Below are positions 26,775-29,520 of a stretch of 29,520 nt of DNA, in pieces. The notes beneath the pieces are model-generated. The model worked only from the letters and a program-made list of their open reading frames with translations. It searched no databases and had not been told where the DNA came from. This DNA comes from Candidatus Zixiibacteriota bacterium (GTDB taxonomy: Bacteria; Zixibacteria; MSB-5A5; GN15; FEB-12), in the NCBI GenBank assembly GCA_041742355.1, contig JBGSIV010000227.1, positions 1-29,520 of the forward strand, in the 5' to 3' direction. The position numbers were made by a program, and so were the translations under genes. Numbering within the stretch: position 1 is the first letter of the stretch; every line of letters begins with the position of its first letter.

Positions 26775-26971
26775 ATACAATAGGCCGACTCGGTCGCTCT
26801 CTGGCGAGGCTTGCCTCCGTTTGTCCTTGCACGGCCCGATGTCCCCACCGCCGAAAATCCCTTGTCTTTTGACCGATTTCGTGTACCTTATCGGGGTCCG
26901 ACAGCCGGCCGATCGCGGCGTTCCCGTCGTCATCGCCCCATCGGACAACGACATCGCTAGTTCTACTATAC

Positions 26972-27056
26972 GGAGAGGTGGCCGAGCGGCTTAAGGCGCA
27001 CGCCTGGAACGCGTGTATAGGGAAACCTATCCAGGGTTCAAATCCCTGCCTCTCCG
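26972..27056 (+). tRNA. tRNA-Ser(GGA)
   Basis: Acceptor GGAGAGG/CCTCTCC, D-loop GCCGAGCGGCTTAAGGC, anticodon arm CACGC-CTGGAAC-GCGTG, long variable arm ATAGG-GAAA-CCTAT, T-loop GGTTCAAATCC; CCA not encoded. Confidence 0.96.
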
Positions 27057-27252
27057 CTTTTTCATGCCCGGCCACCAGGCTGGTCCACTGAATCGCCCTA
27101 CCAACTAATCACCCGATCTTTCTTGTTGGACAGTGGGTACATTTGTCTATCTTATATGGGCAAGCGTCGCAGTACTCCCCTGTACCGCGTCTATGGCACC
27201 CAGAATACGTCAACATTGACTTTCGCGTACCTAGTCTTCAGGAGCAACATCC

Positions 27253-28590
27253 ATGAATCGCACCACCGGGCTTCTTTTCATCCTGACCCTGCTGATGGTT
27301 ACCGCCCTCGCGGTCACTGTCGGCGCCACCGTCCCCGGCACCATGAACTACCAGGGCCGCCTGACCAACGCCTCGGGCACGCCGCTGGTCGGCACCTACT
27401 CCGTCCAGTTCACCATCTATGACGCCTCCTCCGGTGGCATGGTGAAGTGGCAGGAAACACAATCCATCACCACTGGCGCCGGCGGCCTATTCTCCGTGCA
27501 ACTGGGCTCGGTAACACCGATCAGCAGCAACGTATTCAGCACAGCCTCCCGCTGGCTTGGCGTCAGAGTCGGCGCCGATCCGGAGTTGTCCCCCCGCCAG
27601 CCCCTCGCCAGCGTCCCGTACGCCCAGCGCGTCGCTACTGTCGACAGCGCCGCGGGTGGCCATATCACCGGCGACCTTTATGTCCGAGGCACCCATATTG
27701 GCATCGGGTCGAATATTGACCCTGCGTCCAATAATCAGGGGATGCTGACTGTCAATAGCATCCTCCCCGGTGTCTCATTCGTGGGTGCCGGAATTGTGGT
27801 CGGGAATGACGCGGGCCCTGCCTATCTCGCCGTGGGCAAGGACTCTGAGAACTACATGTGGGCCGGGTACAGTGACGCTCATGGGAAGTTAGGGGTCAAT
27901 ACCGGCTTCTGGAAGAAGCCGCTGTACCTGCAAACCACTGGTGGCCCAATAGCTGTTGGCTCCTGGGACTACGTTCCGGAAGCGCGCCTGCATCTGTTCG
28001 GTTCCGACAACATCGCACATGGCAAGAACGCCTGTGTTGCTATTACCAACTACGCCACCAACGGCGGCTCCTGGTACCTCCGCGCCGGCGCCACCGGCAC
28101 CAGTACCGGACCCGGCGCTTTCTCCATCGCCAACTCCTCGTCCTATCGCCTCGTCATCGATTCCACCGGTAACGTCGGCATCGGCACAACAAACCCAGTG
28201 TACCCCCTCCAATTGGGCAACGGCGCCTACTGCAGCGTCGGCGGCACCTGGACCAACGCCTCCGACCGCGACCTGAAGACTGAATTCACCCCGGTCGATG
28301 GCCAGGCGCTCCTCGACCAGCTCTCCGCCCTCCCCATTACCGAGTGGCGCTATAAAGCCGACTCCACCGACATCCGTCACATCGGCCCCACCGCGCAGGA
28401 TTTCGCCGCGGCCTTCGGCCTGGGCGGCGACACCACCGCCATCTCCACCGTCGACCCCTCCGGCGTCGCCCTCGCCGCGATCAAAGAGTTGCACCGCCAG
28501 AACCAGGAACTCCAAAGCCAGAACGCGAACCTCAAAAGGCAACTCGAGGATCTCGCCGTAAGAGTCGAGAAGCTGGCGGCCGGCAAGTAG
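27253..28590 (+). CDS. Secreted fibre-like protein with C-terminal peptidase S74 (intramolecular chaperone) domain
   Basis: Signal peptide; TMNYQGRLT...LSPRQPLASVPYA N-domain; GNVGIGTTNP repeat; SDRDLK...WRYK...HIGPTAQDF...AIKEL followed by a coiled coil; AGGAG RBS. Confidence 0.88.
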   Translation: MNRTTGLLFILTLLMVTALAVTVGATVPGTMNYQGRLTNASGTPLVGTYSVQFTIYDASSGGMVKWQETQSITTGAGGLFSVQLGSVTPISSNVFSTASRWLGVRVGADPELSPRQPLASVPYAQRVATVDSAAGGHITGDLYVRGTHIGIGSNIDPASNNQGMLTVNSILPGVSFVGAGIVVGNDAGPAYLAVGKDSENYMWAGYSDAHGKLGVNTGFWKKPLYLQTTGGPIAVGSWDYVPEARLHLFGSDNIAHGKNACVAITNYATNGGSWYLRAGATGTSTGPGAFSIANSSSYRLVIDSTGNVGIGTTNPVYPLQLGNGAYCSVGGTWTNASDRDLKTEFTPVDGQALLDQLSALPITEWRYKADSTDIRHIGPTAQDFAAAFGLGGDTTAISTVDPSGVALAAIKELHRQNQELQSQNANLKRQLEDLAVRVEKLAAGK

Positions 28591-28622
28591 TAGCCGATCC
28601 TTTGAAGACAGCAGTCTTTGTC

Positions 28623-28655
28623 CGGGCAGGTCACGCCGACCTGCCCGTTCCTTTT
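28623..28655 (+). terminator. Putative intrinsic terminator
   Basis: CGGGCAGGTC/GACCTGCCCG 10-bp stem followed by TTCCTTTT. Confidence 0.65.
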
Positions 28656-28825
28656 GAATCCGGGAACCGCCCTTTCCATCAAAGTCGTTTACACGAGAGT
28701 CCTATCGATATACCTTTGGAGGAGCATCTGGGGTGAATCTGCCACTGCGTGCCAATGAAATCACGGTTCCGTGTTCTCTCTTAAGTCCTGCCCGCTGCGG
28801 CGGGAATCGACAGATGGAGGAAGGT

Positions 28826-29317
28826 ATGTCCAAAACACTGCGCCTGCTACTCGGGGTTTCGATCCTGGCTCTCGTGCTTCTCGCCCAGCCGCTGCTCGCC
28901 CAGGAGAAGCCCATCCAGCTTTCGCTCTTTGCGCCGGTTCAGCTCATTTCCGAAGATGAGGCTATCGCCGGCATCCGCCTCAGTCTGCTCTACGGAAAAA
29001 ACAAGTACGTCAGCGGGCTGGACTGGGGTCTGGTCAACCACTCGACCGAGGGACGATCGGTCGGTGTGCAGTTCGGCTTCGTCGGCCTGAACGATGCCGA
29101 CTTCATGGGCTGGCAGAACACCGCCGTGAACCTCACCAAGGGCAATTTCGAAGGATTCCAGTGGGGAATCGTGAACTACGCCGGCCATGCCAGCGGATTC
29201 CAGCTCGGGCTCGTCAACTATGCCGTGACCATGAGGGGGCTGCAGATCGGCCTGGTGAACATCATCAAACAGGGCGGGCAGTTCCCCGTCTTCCCCATAG
29301 TCAACTGGTCGTTCTAG
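28826..29317 (+). CDS. Secreted LA_2272-type G-x-Q-x-G-x-x-N repeat (beta-solenoid) protein
   Basis: ATG 28826 with GGAGGAAGG RBS; signal peptide; repeats GVQFGFVG, GFQWGIVN, GFQLGLVN, GLQIGLVN; ends FPIVNWSF. Confidence 0.85.
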   Translation: MSKTLRLLLGVSILALVLLAQPLLAQEKPIQLSLFAPVQLISEDEAIAGIRLSLLYGKNKYVSGLDWGLVNHSTEGRSVGVQFGFVGLNDADFMGWQNTAVNLTKGNFEGFQWGIVNYAGHASGFQLGLVNYAVTMRGLQIGLVNIIKQGGQFPVFPIVNWSF

Positions 29318-29325
29318 ACCATAGA

Positions 29326-29350
29326 TGACGGGAGCTCGCCGCTCCCGTCA
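29326..29350. terminator. Hairpin between convergent genes
   Basis: TGACGGGAGC / GCTCCCGTCA perfect 10-bp stem; no U tract. Confidence 0.5.
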
Positions 29351-29370
29351 CGCTCCGTGGGTCCGCTCCC

Positions 29371-29520
29371 TCATGGCGCAATCCGGGAGTTCAGGCGCTC
29401 GAGCTCCCGGTAGGCGCGCTTGGCCGAGAGAAACAGCCCGGCCAGGTGGGGCGCCTGTCGGACGAACGCCAGCCGCCGGAACGGGGAAACCACCGGCCGA
29501 ATCCGTCGCGCCCGGCGAAT
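29371..29520 (-). CDS. Partial CDS (C-terminus), function not assignable
   Basis: Open frame from the window edge to TGA at 29373-29371: ...IRPVVSPFRRLAFVRQAPHLAGLFLSAKRAYRELERLNSRIAP; converges on the hairpin. Confidence 0.45.
   Translation of the reverse strand: MRRARRIRPVVSPFRRLAFVRQAPHLAGLFLSAKRAYRELERLNSRIAP

Noticed and set aside
26972..28590. Prophage or island integrated at tRNA-Ser
   Set aside because: No integrase, no duplicated tRNA 3' end in the window and no phage structural genes; the S74 protein has a host-type signal peptide.

Overview
GC-rich bacterial window. A dockerin-tipped S8 protease and an S74-chaperone secreted protein are suggestive of candidate division Zixibacteria or a related lineage (inference only). 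Left to right it contains: a REP/MITE-like palindrome; an ECF sigma / putative anti-sigma / subtilase trio; a highly structured intergenic region; an RND efflux pair; a minus-strand RiPP cluster; then Zn-ADH, a divergent GdhA, a lipoprotein, a cNMP-domain/aspartase fusion, a methyltransferase, lptGF, dpaL, DUF488, a YhaM-like nuclease, fetAB, a 26-bp tandem repeat, tRNA-Ser(GGA), an S74 secreted protein and an LA_2272-type repeat protein. The most interesting element is the RiPP cluster (8248-13221). Two tiny paralogous precursor genes missing from the ORF track (MIYLIDPQVVANRPCTCKVPKALYGIDI and MIYLVDPQAVANRPCSCLRPKALYGIDPIYM) each have a strong RBS and a 3' hairpin. They lie upstream of two different radical SAM/SPASM enzymes, one resembling Cys-peptide thioether maturases and one resembling PlpX-type tyramine-excising spliceases, and an ABC exporter. 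The conserved CxC plus LYG motifs predict a hybrid cross-linked, alpha-keto-beta-amide ('spliceotide') peptide. All family assignments come from motif recognition by eye; no searches were run.
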